Shown in pieces: positions 28,732 through 43,145 of a stretch of 64,000 nucleotides of DNA. Numbering within the stretch: the stretch's first letter is position 1; each line of letters starts with the position of its first letter. This DNA comes from Octopus sinensis. Taxonomy: Eukaryota. The position numbers were made by a program, and so were the translations under genes. Under the pieces are notes generated by a model. That model was not told where the DNA came from and made no database searches. It saw only the letters and a program-made list of their open reading frames with translations. The stretch is taken from assembly GCF_006345805.1 (NCBI RefSeq), contig NC_043001.1:61504001-61568000 (forward strand), written 5' to 3'.

Positions 28732-31690
28732 AGTCAATTCTTTTTTTAGCCACAGGAGCTCACATAAAACATTAAATGAAATAATACATAAAACACAAAA
28801 ACGGGACGACACAATGGGTTTTACGGCATGTAAACAAGAGAAACAATAAAAAAAATTAAGCAAATTAAATCTCCCAATAGGAGAGGCGCTTTAAGGTCCT
28901 CGTGGAAAAACTAACAAAACCACGGGTGCCTGATTAACAGGGCAAGAGCCCTTCTCTTTTAATTTTCTTTTTACAGGTGTATTCTCAGAATTAGTCCTTT
29001 CACACTGACCATTCTTCCAACATTCATCTACCTTTCATCAAACTTGCTAGAAGGCAACACTTCCCTCTTCACCCTCAACTTCTTTTTCAAGTGAAACTTC
29101 AAAAAGCTGTTGCGGACTTGGCCAAGGAGAAAAGTGTCTGACTTTAGCCCTTTCAGACGAGCCCACCATACTAACTCTTTCGCTACAGCCACCAAACAAA
29201 TAGAAACTACCTCTCCCTCCCGGCCAAATGAGGGCGGCGCGATAATCTTCACTATGGATTCGCCTGATAGCCGAATTCGTCTTACACGCGACAGCAGGTG
29301 TTCGACATAAACCCACAGGTCAGCAATGCTCGGACACTGGACGAGGGTGTGTAAAACGGTTACATCGTTCTGCGTTAATCTCGGGTAGGCCCGGCTGACA
29401 GCACTCCCATACCTGTAAAGTTTATCTCGAACAGGTAGCACCTCTCGGTAGCACTGCCAGGTAAGGGATTTCTGGAAGTTATCCATAGGCCCAGGCCTGA
29501 AAGTTCTCCGAAACAGACGGGTTAGTTGGAACTTCATCGATGCCCAGAGCTTCCCTGAGGACGTCGTCGCACTTTCCCTCCACTAGCCCTCTATAGAATG
29601 CTAGAGTGGAATTACTACCGGCCGCATTGCCCACCTAGCAGAAGGCTGCAAGCGCTTGACGGCACTCGAGGTACCAAGCACCTCTCCTTGGTCTACGTCT
29701 AATGCAGGTTTGCAGATCAGTCAAAGCGACGAGCTGTGGGAAAGTGTGCCTGACAAATGATGACCACACTTGTTCACAGTCAAAGAAACGCAGGACATGC
29801 CGCTGCCTCAGCACATGTATGTGCATTACTAACAACGACATGCCCAGCCCTCCATTCAGCGACTGTTAACTGCAGATGAAGCCCCTCACCAGTAAAATGC
29901 ACCCCCTCCTCAGAAAGAGGAAGAGTAAACGCATCAACTTGGTCAACTAGCAAACGGGGCAAGGGACGAATGTCAAGCGGTAATAGATGATGGATGCGAT
30001 GTACGCATTCGCCACCTCCGCTCGACCTTTCAGAGACAGCTTCCTCTATACGCCCATTTCTGGGTGGGATTGGCTACTCTGCTCGTCACCTCGTCCTAGT
30101 TATTTCTCCATCTGGAGGTCTGGATCAAACCAAACTTCTGGATATTTAACGGGACTTTCTGTCCAGCGCCCCACGACACTATTGGACGGCATGGACTTGC
30201 CTCTCTAGGTGTCGAATTGCAAGCCTACCTAATTTTCCGCGTTAATTTTTGCTCCTGTCACCGCTTCACATTCTTGTGTGTCGCCAATCAGGTCTATATG
30301 CCTGTGGTTCGACTATATGACGGTGACATCAACGTAAGCAGACACACCTCTCCCACTTCCTAGATCATGCTTGACACCCATCAAAACCTCCAACTTCCGC
30401 AGTAATGTCTCAAGAGCCAATACATACAGAAGGGAGGAGAGAGGGCACCCTCGAAGGATCAAACGCAAGATGCTAAATGACTCCGACAGGTGACCATTCA
30501 CCTGAAAAACGAAGCAGATGTTGCTGTACAAAATAGCGATACAACCGCAAAAATCTGGACCTAGTCAGGCTGACTTGAGGACAGCTGCCAAGTATTGATG
30601 GTTGACCTTATCAAAGGCTTTAGATTTATCTAAATTGATCAGAGCCTCACCCATTCTAGCTTCATTAACCACCCTCTCTATCATGTAGCGCATAAGATGG
30701 AGGTTGCACGAATAGTCCTGGTTAGGATGGTGCATATTTGCGGCTCGCCAACCAGCTTGTCCAAGACAAGGACCAACCTCTTGGCTAACACCTTGGCCAA
30801 AATCTTCAACTCTGCATTGATTAGAGTGATGGACCTCAAATTTTCTATAACGTGCCCCCTTGTTTGCGTCCTTTCTCAGTAGTACCACCGCCACTCGACA
30901 AACAAAAGTGGGAATTCTCCCATTCAGCTGCCAGTTGAAGTAGACATCTTCTAAGAGGCCCGCAAACAAGTTTGGTATCGAAGTATAAAGCTCATAGGAC
31001 AGACAATCGAAACCCGGCGATCTACCTTTCGTGCAACTCTTCATCGCTTCCTGTATATCTGCGGCTGTTACTGGCTTTTCACCTCGCCGAGATTCATAGC
31101 AGGCCGTTAAGGTACCACACCAAAGTCTGCCCTACCATTCGTCCCGAACAGTTGAGCAAAATGCTGCTGAAAAGATGCGCACATCTATTTCGGTTCGAAC
31201 ACCTTGCATCCATTCTAGTCTACCAAAGACCGAATGGTGGTTTTATAACCACTTTTTGTCTTCGACACGCAAGCTCATCGCAACACTTTCTTTCCCTCCA
31301 CTCTTATTAAACATGCCTTAGCTCTGACAACGCAGCCTTCGTGTTTGGCGTCGAAAAATTGGACGAGGGCCAACCTCGCCGCCAACATGTCGCTTGTGAT
31401 GCCTGTCCTAAGTGCCTCATCTAACTTTCTAACTAAATCTCCCTCTATTCTATTTCGTTTTACCGCTAACGCTTTGCTAAAGCTAATTGATTCTACTCTA
31501 ATTGTCCTTTTAATAGCAAAGCACCAGTTATTATTGACGACTGCCCCCTTAACTAATTCGCTAATCCGGTCGCTGTAAGCTTGACGCACCGGTAACGACG
31601 TGTTCAGCTTCCAGTAACCGGGATCCTGTCTATGAAGCCTATCTAAGTCGACAGAATGTGAACTGTGAGGAAAGTGTGTCATTCCAGTAG
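28732..31690 (-). mobile_element. L1/Tx1-like LINE ORF2 pseudogene, 5'-truncated, (ATT)n tail
   Basis: APE-endonuclease C-terminal PGYWKLN; RT motifs KGRSPGFDC, LDKSKAFDKVNH, RGCPLSSLLY and a degenerate YADD; C-terminal region 29028-29537. Multiple stops and frameshifts. Confidence 0.9.
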
Positions 31691-31699
31691 GTGTAGGGG

Positions 31700-31984
31700 C
31701 ACTCGGAGCACTAACAAACTTCGTATGAGAAATATGCCAAAGAAATCGGAATTGACATGAAAGCAGAGCAAGCCAAAAAAACTGCGCTGTTGGGGACAGT
31801 TAGGATTTTGATATTGGTATTTGGATGTTGAATGTCTCCCACGATAATTAACAACCAAGTATCAAAGCTTACAATATGCGGGAAGAGACCCTGTGAGACC
31901 TCTGACAGAAGGCTGCTGTCCGCTCTCACAGAATTAATCAGAACAAACAAGACCCGACGTTCTGAGAAGTAAAGTGATGATAGT
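31700..31984 (+). mobile_element. R4/Dong-type LINE 3'-terminal fragment (family E) with (AAT)n tail
   Basis: YAKEIGIDMKAEQAKKTALLGTVRILILVFGC* (stop 31829-31831), then 3' UTR and (AAT)n at 31985-32002. Confidence 0.75.
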
Positions 31985-32002
31985 AATAATAATAATAATA
32001 AT

Positions 32003-32211
32003 CTTTTCTACTATAGCCACACCCTGAAATTTTGAGTGAGGGGCAAGTCCATTATATTGACTCCAGTGCATAACTGGTACTTATTTCATTGACACCGAAA
32101 GGATAAAATGTAAAATCGACCTTGGCGAAATTTGAACTCAGAACCTAAAGACGGACCAAATACTGTTAAGCATTTTGTCCGGCACGCTAACGAGTCTGCC
32201 AGCTCACCACC
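32003..32211 (-). mobile_element. SINE family C copy
   Basis: Colinear with 28510-28717; B box gagttcaaatttc on the minus strand. Confidence 0.8.
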
Positions 32212-32244
32212 AACACACATTCAGGTATATGACAAATATTCTTT

Positions 32245-32405
32245 TTGGTTCATTCAACGGAACAACTTGCTCTTGAATTTAACGTGCAAGTGGCTGAGCA
32301 ATCCAAGGATACGCGTAACCTTATCGTAGTATTCAGGGAGACTGAATGTGACACAGAGTGTGAAATTTTTTCTGGCTGAGTGGACTGGCTGGAGCAACGT
32401 GAAAA
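32245..32405 (-). mobile_element. SINE family B fragment
   Basis: tcaacggaaca.c.tgctc.tgaa.ttaacgtg.aagtggctgagca matches 25450-25560. Confidence 0.7.
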
Positions 32406-32468
32406 AATTATATATTCGTATAATATATGGTAAATTTACGCATATACACACATATAAATAAATGAATG

Positions 32469-32545
<77 letters not shown>

Positions 32546-34039
32546 GGTAGATAGATAGATATAGATACAGATAAGTAGATAGACAGATATACTTACGTAT
32601 ATGCAATACATATATTTATGTATATTTGTCTGTGGGCATACGCTGGTAATTTTAGTAGTTAGTGATGTACTAAACGAGATGCGGAACTTATACTAAATGG
32701 ATTGAAACGTGTCTTTCATTTGGCCAAAAAAAAGAAAAGAAAGCAGAAAATTAGTACTAATCGTGAGTGTCAATAAAGGAAAGTAACAATATTAAGGAAT
32801 GAAAGTTTCATACTTCAGACAATAGAATGTACGGATGTGAATGAAGACACGAATATAAACGTGAATATGTATGAGAATATGTCCGTGAATATGTCCTTGC
32901 TAGGGGAGTGCTGGTATTTATGTGCTGAATCTGCACACATACATATTTATTTACACACGTCGTGCATGCGTATAAACACATATTCACACACTCACACACA
33001 TATATCAATATATTATAGAAATTAATGTATGTGTTTGTGTACATGATAGTCTATATATATATATAGAGAGAGAGAGAGTTAGATAGATAGAGAGAGAGAG
33101 AGAGAGATAGGGAGATACGTAGAGAGAGGATAGATGAACTTAGTTATATAAGTTATTGAAATCGTAGTTATTGTCTTTTACGCATTATATTTGTCATACA
33201 AGTTAAAACTGATAATATTTTTGCTATATAGCATATCACGTGAATGCCAATGTCGTTATATCTCCCAATTATTCCAAGAAATAATTCAAATGATTATATC
33301 AAATATGGACAGGATTGGAATATTTCGAATTTATGAGTAATATAATAAATATAATAATAAAATATAAATTGATTAATGGAGAAATTTATTTAATAGTGCT
33401 ATATGGATCCAATTAAGATAAGCGTTGAGAAACATATGAGTGTAAAAATGCGGTTCAAAGCTATATGGCTTCCTATTTCATAAATAATGAAGTAATTAAG
33501 CATTCGACAGACGAATCCGAAAGAGATAAGAATTTTAAATTAACATTATCTCGTCACGATCCAAGATGCGTCATTTTTGTAACTTGAAAGAAGAATATTA
33601 AACTTTAAGATAACACAAGTATATCTCAAAGAAAAATGTACGCGTTTGTTGTAATATTCACTTCCACCAAATTGACCAATGATGTTACAATATTATGTTT
33701 TTACACACACTTATGATGGTATTTCATTAGCCATATGAAATACATATGTATTTGTTTGCTTTTTTATTCATCTTATTTTATTTTTATTTTATTCGTGTTA
33801 ATGTTTAGGAGCAAGGAACATACCTTATCTTCTAATTAATACAATTATCTGCTGTATGAAAGCACCTAACCGTAAGCAATGGTTCAAACATTTTGTATTA
33901 CAACAAATTAATTATTTTTATTAAAGAAATGAAATTATGCCATGCAATTATATATTTACAACTATACGCAAACACACATTCACGCGTGCGTGCACACACA
34001 CATACCTGCACACAAACATTTATATCTCAGCATCTATGC

Positions 34040-34074
<35 letters not shown>

Positions 34075-34258
34075 GTATATGTTCATATATGCATACTTCT
34101 ATACATATGAATGTACAACAAACATACACACACATACATGTGTGTGTGTGTGTGTGTGTGTAGGCATGCATCTATAAGGGACAGTAAGAACTTCCCAAAA
34201 TATGTTGACTCTATACATGTACATACTTACATATATATGTATATACATATGCATATAT

Positions 34259-34445
34259 GGGTACAGGACGTCATAAAACGTAAACAATATGAAATACGAA
34301 AACGACATGAAATATGAAATACGAAAACATGGAATAAGAATTTTTTGCGAACAACGAAAGAAACAAATGGAAAAGAAAACAAGTGACATATAGAATGACT
34401 CTTCATCAGTTGTCAGCTGTTTATCCACTCAAAATTTCGAGCAAT
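34259..34445 (-). mobile_element. Partial copy of the gtcctgtaccc-(TA)n repeat, inverted at the 5' end of a Penelope-like element
   Basis: Begins (TA)-gggtacaggacgtca; its reverse complement matches 5700-5878. Confidence 0.6.
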
Positions 34446-36700
34446 TTGACAATATTAAAAATAAGGATTACACCATAATAGCAATAACATTACCTTTGAT
34501 TCCATAACTATTTACCAACTTTTAAGACCAACACATGCTTCAATTGAATCGATTAGAAATCGTTGCAATTGCAACCCTACTGTAAAAATGATTGCAAAAA
34601 AAACGGAAATAATTACGGGTGAAATAGATGTTATTTTGGCGACTAGATTTGAGAATAAATATTGGATTAGGAAGGATAGACCGAATATGTTTGACATTAC
34701 TATGGGGTCTACGTGTTTGGCGCAGCTTACTGAGTTGGTAGGAATTTATATACTGTTTTCTCTAAATTGGGTATTCCATGAAATTATAGGAGGTTTATAT
34801 AGCGATGGTGCGCTTCTTACAATTGTAAACAGATCTAGTAGAATTTTGGAAATATATAGAAAGATTTGTTTTTATTTCTGTAAATATATTGGTCTATCAA
34901 AAACGATAGCGGATGAACATAACTCTGTTAACTTCTTCGATGTTATGTTGAAGATTAAAAAAGGAATTTATAAACCCTGTCATAAACTTAATGTAAATAT
35001 TGGAAGTAATCTTCCCAAATCAGTAACAAACTCACTAATAAAGAACATTTCGTCTAGAATAAGTAAATTATCAGCCAATGGAGAGTACTTTCAAACGTTA
35101 TGAAGACTACTATAACTTGGCACTTCAGAAAGTGGGGTATAACAATAAAATTCAGTTTAATTAGTCAAATATCAAATCAGATTTAAATAGGAATTTTAAT
35201 ATTACAGACCTAAACTCTAGTACTATAAACAAATCTACTTATAACGAATGTAGGAGTGGAGTCTTAAAATTAAATATTCAAGTTGATAAAATAACAAGAG
35301 CAGGTGATTTTAATAGTGAAAATAAACAAATGAAAAATTATATTTATAACAAAAGGAAAAATCATAAGATTGTTGATAACCGGATTAAAAATTTTCGTAC
35401 TGTTAATGGAAATGAGCATGTAGTATTCTGCAATAAAATCTCACGTTCTTTTAATATAAAATCGGCTAAAGGATTTAAATATAAAAATAAACTAAAATAA
35501 ACGCTAACATTAAAATAGATTGAAATCAGAGAATACTTACTCCTTCGAAAAATGGGTGTAAATATCAAAATTATGATCTCAACTAGAAGTATTCCTTATG
35601 GTTAATCGTTCTATTTGGTAAGCAGGTCAATTGCAATATTTCCAAATTACTTAATATAGCAATTCAAAAATATTTTGCGATAAACCACAAATATTACAAA
35701 ATTTGTAATCAACATTACATTAGATCGGGTTATTGTCTTAGCCGTAATAATGCACAAGTTATAGCAGCACACAATGCTAAAATAATATCGAAATTTCAAA
35801 AACGTTATTACGATCAGAATAGCGTAACAAATTCGAAGCATAATAACGTAAAACGGAATAAAGAAACTCATGTAGTAGGGAATGCTAAGAAATTAAATGT
35901 CCTGGAAAGGGAAACAACCCAATTTAACATAAATAATAACGTCAAATCGAATAAAAATTCAGCTAGAAATAGAACAAAGACAGAATTATATATAGGAGTA
36001 AATAGTAATAAGGACTTGGTGGAAATGCATTCAATTCTACAATGAATGATCAAATTGAAACTAAATCTGAGGGAAATATAAAAGATTATCTATGCAATTG
36101 TTCTAAATTGGAATACTGTTATATGGAAAATAAGTTTAAAACTAAAATTGTAATATATAGATATATAATAACATCTGGGAGTAAGGAATTCTTTTACATC
36201 GGTGGGACATCATTAATTTTCAAGAGGAGACTGGCAAATCATTTGAGTTCATTTAAAGACAAAAATACATGGTCTCAAACGAGTCTTAGCAAATTAATCT
36301 GGTCTTTGAAGGACAGTAACAAGCTCGATTAAATGGGAATTAATTTGTACTACAAAACCATACAGACCTGGAACCAAGAGATATGACCTATGTTTTGAAG
36401 CAACTTACAGGATTTTCACATCCAAGGGTACTGTAATAAATTCTATAGAGCAAGCTTGGAGATGCTTGCACATAAGGAAATTCACATTTGCGAAGTATAA
36501 ATGAATAATTACCATTTGAATTATTCAAGGTTTTGAAATGAAGGACTGAAAAGGATTATCCACTTGAAATACAAATTGTTTGGGTCTGACTTAACGGATG
36601 GCTCTAAATTATACAACGCAGAGTTTATAAAAGAAAATCAGTAAACAACAATACCGAGATATAACAAGTTAAAGCCCTGTAGAGACTGCACCATGTTATA
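34446..36700 (+). mobile_element. Penelope-like element, Naiad-type signatures, decayed
   Basis: RT FDITMGS...ELVGIYIL...GLYSDG...VNFFDV...SRISKLSAN (34588-35103). GIY-YIG region CNC..C...VIY...FYIGGT...FKRRLANHLSSFK...TSLSKLIWSLK...WELI (36042-36500). A long Asn/Ile-rich linker lies between them. Confidence 0.85.
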
Positions 36701-37058
36701 GTAGCGTTGAAATCGCAACAATTACTAATCGGTGCAATTGAAATGTGTTGGTCTTAAAAGGTGGTATACAATTATAGAATTAAAGCTAATGCTATTGCTA
36801 TTTTGGAGTGATCTATATTTTCAATATTGTCAATATTTATACTCCAGGAAACCTATATGGTTAATGAAATATATTCAAAATTATCCGATGGAATATCCCT
36901 CAAATTTCTTATCCTATAAGAACTTTATTGGATTTATACGTTAACTGTTGAATAAAATTTTGAATACCTGAGAGCAAATTGGTAATCGTTTGAGGGTAAT
37001 CCCTTACTTTTTAATAATAATATGTGTGTGTGTGTGTGTGTGTGAGTGTGTGCGTATG

Positions 37059-37104
<46 letters not shown>

Positions 37105-37256
37105 TATGACGAGCTTCTTTCAGTTTCTGTCAACCAAATCCACGCACAAGTCTTTGGTGTGTCTGAGGCTATAGAAGAAGACACTAGCCCAAAGTAACAC
37201 GCAGTGGGACTGAACCCGGAACCATGTGGTTCATACCACACAACCACGCCTGCGCT
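37105..37256 (-). mobile_element. SINE family A 5' half
   Basis: Reverse complement of gcgcagg...catggttccgggttcagtcccactgcgtg...aaactgaaagaagc. Confidence 0.85.
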
Positions 37257-37258
37257 TC

Positions 37259-37290
37259 TAGATAGATGGATAGATAGATAAATAGATAGG

Positions 37291-37352
<62 letters not shown>

Positions 37353-37394
37353 CATATATACATACATACATACATACATACATACATACATACG

Positions 37395-37422
<28 letters not shown>
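37259..37422. repeat. (GATA)n/(CATA)n tetranucleotide microsatellite
   Basis: Direct reading. Confidence 0.95.
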
Positions 37423-37424
<2 letters not shown>

Positions 37425-37425
<1 letters not shown>

Positions 37426-38900
37426 TATTAGTAAGCGTATTCTTAATACCATCAACTCCGACATCAGAAGGTTTAGGGATTGACTTAATGAGATTCCAAC
37501 GCAGCGGTGATAGACTGGTTCCGTGGTATCGAGAATAAATCAGCCTGTAGATTCACACAGTTTGAAATTGTCGACAACTAGCCTTCTACATCAAAATCCC
37601 TCCTCCTGAAGGCCTTAAATTTTGCGGAACGCTTTACTAGCATAAGTGATCACCGTATCAGAATCATCATGGACCCTAGAAAATCAATCCTTGTCCACCA
37701 CGACTTCTACAAAAAAAAAAAAATTACCTATTGTTCTATGTCTGTATGAGGAGCTACGGCGGGGATGAGATCTCCGAAATTGTCGGGTTATTCATCTTTG
37801 ACATCCTCAAGACACGCACACATCCACATGAGTCGGCCCTTTATAGGGACGACGGACACAATCTCAAGCCATTTGAACGCTCACACCAAGTTCATGAAGT
37901 ACTTTAAAAATATTCAAAGAATTCGGCCTGTCCATAACGGTTACCACCAACCTTAGACCTGAACGTGGGTAAGTACTACCTGTGCAAGAAACCTTATGGG
38001 GAAGCCGTATATATCCACAAGAGCTCGAACTATCTTCCGCTATAATTAGAAACTTTGTCTCCAAGCTCTTGGCCGATATAGAGATCATCTACAATGATGC
38101 TTTGGCAAGGAGCGGGTTCATCGAGAAGCGTACAGATATGGTGGACCCGAAAACCTTCCTCACTCCCCAAGAGGATCAGGAAGAAGAAAACTCTGGTTCA
38201 ACCCTCCTCCAACTTAGATGTAGGAAGCCCCTACCTACTAACGTAGGCAGGGGATTCTTGTCGTTAATTCAGAAGCAGTTTCTCAGAGACCACAAGTATT
38301 ATAAGCTCTGCAACCTCCACAGGATCAAAATTAGCTACACCTTTCTACACAACATCGCATCTAAAATAGCACGCTTCAACAGACACAAAAATGCATACGC
38401 ACAACCTCTTACCACAACCTGCGACTTCCGAAACCCTACCAGCTGTCCTCGAAGATTTCCTGCCTCTCACGGACCATAGTCTACAATGCCATTCTCACAC
38501 CATCTAATGGCTTCGTAACACACTATACGGGTGTGACAACCAACGATTTCAAGGGAAGACACAGCACATGCTCATGCACTTGTTTAGATGCAGGGACAGT
38601 GAGAACTCCATTTCTTTGTCTCGGTTCCTGTGGAGACTCCATGACCTCCAAAATTAAACACCCAGCATCAAATGGGCCATAATCGACAGAGTGTCACCTT
38701 ATTCACCCGGCACCCGTAATCACCAACTCTGCCTCCGCAAAAGACACCAGCACTGGTTGCACCAATGATATTGTCACAAACCTCCAAGAGCAGAGCCGCC
38801 AACCACCAGCCCCCATCGTCTGTGCAGTCTGGCCTTCATGGCATTCTGGACGCCCTAACACTTAATTCCGCATCCACCACGGGGCGCACATAATAAGTAA
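37425..38900 (+). mobile_element. Penelope-like element, Naiad-type, GC-richer family, decayed
   Basis: ISKRILNTINSDIRR...VIDWFRGIENKSACRFTQFEIVD, ...TNVGRGFLSLIQKQF...IKISY, and a degenerate C..RNPTSCP knuckle followed by IVYNA...HYTGVTTNDFKGR. Confidence 0.8.
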
Positions 38901-39103
38901 CCACATATGAACACACACACAAGCATCCTCGTACACGCCCTCATACACACACACAACTACACACACAGACACCTCACACATAAACATCACTCTACCCATA
39001 CCAGCGAACCGGAAATTCACGCAACTATAAATATACACTCACATACACACACACACGTATACACATATACACGCATACTAGCTCACACATGTATATATAA
39101 TAT

Positions 39104-39154
<51 letters not shown>

Positions 39155-39157
<3 letters not shown>

Positions 39158-39955
39158 TATCCGGACGGTTCACCTTGCACTCTGCTGTGCATGTGCATTA
39201 AGTTTTAACGTTGTAGTTCACTTCCGCTGTTCACAGCACTGCTTGGAAGGAAGGTGTGTGGCGTGTGATCGTCGCATTGACAATGACAAAAAGAATTGAA
39301 CAGAGAAAATGCATAAAATTTTGCCAAAATCTTGGCGGTGCCTTCTCAGAGGCCTACATAGATTTCTCAAAACGTTTTCATTGGTCTCGACACGATCAAG
39401 GGCGAATTTGTGCAACTGAAATCCAAGTGTCTTTTTGGTTAGCTGAAAGCAGTTTTGGCACAAACTTGGCAGGCAGGCGTCTCATACGCAAATCGTCAGT
39501 GATAATGGACTGAACTGAAGCGTAACTAGTCTGCATATCCTGTGCTAACTCACGGATGGTTATTCGACGATTTCCCTTCACATCTGTGATTGTTTGCTCA
39601 GTTATGCTAGTTGTGAGTCTCCCAGAATGTTCGTCAATATCTATATTTTTTCGGCCACTCATACACTTGTGTGCAGCTCATACACTTCTCTCCATGCAAT
39701 GTCTGCAATTCTAAGTAGGCTTCTCAGCAGGCAACGGCTTGGCAACTTTCCGTGTCATGGCCAATGGGACCATCAACACTCTATATACCATCCTTCCAAG
39801 CACTGCTATAAACAGTGAAAGTGAGCTAGGACATCAAAACTTAGTGCGCATGCACAGCAGAGGTTACGTTCTATCTATGCCATGCAGCTTCACCCTGCGC
39901 GCTTTAGCATCGTTACTATGGCAACAGTCCGGGTACTTATTGATCAGACCTTGTA
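39155..39955. mobile_element. Mariner derivative made of two convergent left-end halves
   Basis: The plus strand 39155-39360 gives a partial TIR (agtatccggac), the leader and MTKRIEQRKCIKFCQNLG. The minus strand 39955-39361 gives TA-caaggtctgatcaataagtacccggac, the leader and ...RRITIRELAQD...RRLPAKFVPKLLS. Confidence 0.85.
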
Positions 39956-40249
39956 CATATATGTGTATATAAATATGAATAGAAAATAGAGATATGCAAA
40001 TCTCAATTCAAAAATTAAAATTTATTAACATAATATTATATCATATTCTTATGATAATATGATATAATATAATATAATATGATATAATAATAAATACTAA
40101 ATACAGAGTACATACAATTGTTTCGATTCTTTTAAATACATTGTTTGTTGGTAAGAATCTCTTCAGTGTAATTTTTTATATATGAGGATTCACAGATCCA
40201 AGAAAAGACTCAATTCAAATATATTTATGCTTACAATTTTTCTATTTTT

Positions 40250-41969
40250 ATATTTTCATAAAGCTAATATACACCCATGTTATTTGTAAGGGTTTTCTCT
40301 AAATATTGGGTATTTAACAGTGGAGCCAGTGACATATTGGATGTTTTCATCCTTATTTTCCTTGTATTGGGTTTAATTTAAATATTACTTGTGTGATAAA
40401 GTTTATACTGTTTTTCGCTGGTAAAATCGAGAAGTTACCAATTGAGCTTTCATTCAAAGGCATTCCTGTAACCCCTAGGTGGGATTATATGGAAGATTTA
40501 GTTACCAAGACTACTGAATTTATTCATAGTATACATAGGAAGCCGTTTTATTATGATAAAGAATTTGAACAAGAACTGATTCTCAAAATGAAAATGCTGA
40601 ACTTCTTCCAAAAACATTTTAAAACCAAAAATTTCAACCATTGAACTGCCATTTGGCGGCGTTTGAGGAAGATTTATAGTGAGAAATGTTAAATTTATTA
40701 AGTATCCCCTCAGGGGGATGAGCATTTAAGGAATCTGAAAACATTAGTATCTGACCTTAGAAAAAAAATGGAATTATTATCCAATCAGATAAAGCTGGTA
40801 ACTTGTATAATATTGATATTATAAATTATCATAACCTAATTAAAAATGAAATAGTAACTATAAGGTAGTAAGTAAAAATATTTTACGGTCTATTAACTTA
40901 AAGGTAAGAAGATTATGAAGGATTATGGTTCTGATGACATGACTGAGCCATTTGTGTCTATGAGGTCTAGAATAACTTTGAAAAATCATAAGGATAACAC
41001 CTATTCTAGCCCTAAATTTACCCAGGGCGATCTGACCTAGTAAAAGTATTTTAGATAAATATTTACCGACATTTAGGAGAAAATTGAAATTTGATCTATA
41101 GTCAATTACACAGGAAGATCTTAATTGGTTTGTTGGAATAGATAATACAAATAAAAATAAATTTATACAAATAGATATTGATAATTATTATTCATCTATA
41201 AATCCTACAGTTCTTAATCAGGCTCTTTTGCTTGCTAAAAATAGATCTACCCTTACTTTAAAATAAATTAAAATAGCTTTAGAAGCTAGGAAATCAATAA
41301 TTCTGTTTTATTTGGATAGTGAATTTCCGGAATTTAAAAGTCGAATATTTAGGTATAACGCGCTGTTTTTAATTAATACCCTATCCAATAGGAAATTGGA
41401 TTTGTATATGAAAAGACTTCATGAATTTTTAAAAAGACTTGGTTTATTTATTTCCATTGAAAACGAACATCATTATTTTAATTATTTAGATCTTAATCTG
41501 AATCTTGTTACCGGCCAATATAGGTCATATCGTAACCCTAATACTAACTTGAAGTATATTAATTTTAATAGTAATCATCCAAAAGTAATTACACTTACTT
41601 AGGTTTAAAATATTTGGAGAGGAATTTCATTTTTATCTTCTAATGAGGAAATTTCCAGTAGTAATGCTGAATATTATAATATAGCCCTTAATAAAGCGGA
41701 ATATACATAAACTGTTTATTGTAAAAAGGGTAAAGACAGCAAAAATTATAATAATATTAAATTGATAGACAACGGATTGGGTACATATAATGTTAGTGGT
41801 ATGATTGATAAACTTAAACTTTTTAAATCTCATAAAAATAAGAATGATACTGTAATTAATAAATCGACCGCTATTGAATCTAATAACATACAAAGTAAGA
41901 GTGGAGAAAAATGTAGTGCTAACCTCTACTCTAAAATTAATACCAGTAATATGGATATCTTAAGTAAGT

Positions 41970-42030
<61 letters not shown>

Positions 42031-42860
42031 TAATAATAATAATACCAACAACAACAATAATGATAGGAATGATGAGTTTAAATTTAAGAGTAGAAAATAT
42101 CTCCCATATGTTAATTTTGATAAATTGCAAAATGATAACTTTGATAAAGGCAATAATGTTTGATTTATTTCTTTTGCAAGACCAATAAAAACTAATTTGG
42201 TTAAATGTTTTTACAGACCTATACGTAAATACTTTAATAAGGAAAATAATTAATAATAAAACGGTTAGAATTGGTTTTTCAGTATATAAAAACTTATATT
42301 AATCGACTTCACTTCGATTGATAACAATAAACTATATATTTTTGATAGTGATATAAATTATAATACGTTAATTACTAACACTAATAATGAACCTAATCGA
42401 AATCATGTAGCTAGAACTTTTGATGGCAGGTCTAAAGATAAATGTAATTTAAATAATGTTTGTATACACATATAGGGTAGAATCTGAAGGAAATAGTTAT
42501 TTTTGTATTGGGTCAACCGAAAAGTTTTATAAATTGTGTAGCACCAGTCCAAGTAAATTTATATGGAAGTTAAGGTATAATAATAAATTATGTAACTTAA
42601 ATGGCAAATACTTAGTCATGCTAGATCTTATAAAATTGCTCATAATAGATGTAACCCTGATGTGGAGGAAATATATCAAATTTTAACATAAAAAAGAAAC
42701 ATCTAAACAACAAACAAGAAGGTGCTTTATTTTGTATACACTCTTGAAAATATGTGTTTAGAAAATATAATTAAGTTGAATTGATTATTTCGAGGATTAT
42801 TGGGTATTAAAGTATAAACTATTTTAGATAATTAAAAGTTATATTGTTATTTAATCTTTA
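40250..42860 (+). mobile_element. Penelope-like element, Naiad-type, near full length, decayed
   Basis: N-terminal SFKGIPVTPRWDYMEDLVTKTTEF; RT thumb FNYLDLNLNL...YRNPNTNLKYINFNSNHP; Asn-run linker ((AAT)n 41968-42060); GIY-YIG remnant VYTYRVESEGNSYFCIGST...SKFIWKL. Confidence 0.8.
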
Positions 42861-43104
42861 GATTGTGTATACATGTGTGTGTATGTGTGTGCGTGTGTGT
42901 CTATATACAAGTAGATGTATGCATATGTGTATATATGTATATATGTGTATGTGTGTATGCGTATATATATCTAGTTTTAGATTTGTAATTTATATACATA
43001 TATATATACGTATATGGTGTGTATGTGTATATATATGTATATATATGTGTGTATATATATATACATACTTTCTGTACACATATATGCATTTGTATATATT
43101 TACG

Positions 43105-43145
<41 letters not shown>

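Noticed and set aside
36042-36500. Possible selenocysteine (UGA) codons, as reported for some Naiad elements
   Set aside because: The Cys positions I could read in the GIY-YIG regions (36 kb, 38.4 kb, 42.4 kb, 44.2 kb) are TGT/TGC or ordinary substitutions, not TGA. I did not run a SECIS search.
36546-36575. Hammerhead-like ctgaaaa...gaaat downstream of the Penelope ORF
   Set aside because: The core G8 is missing and stems II and III are not canonical.
41762-42163. Asn-rich ORF as a prion-like host protein
   Set aside because: It lies between the RT and GIY-YIG remnants of a Penelope-like element and is best explained as its linker.
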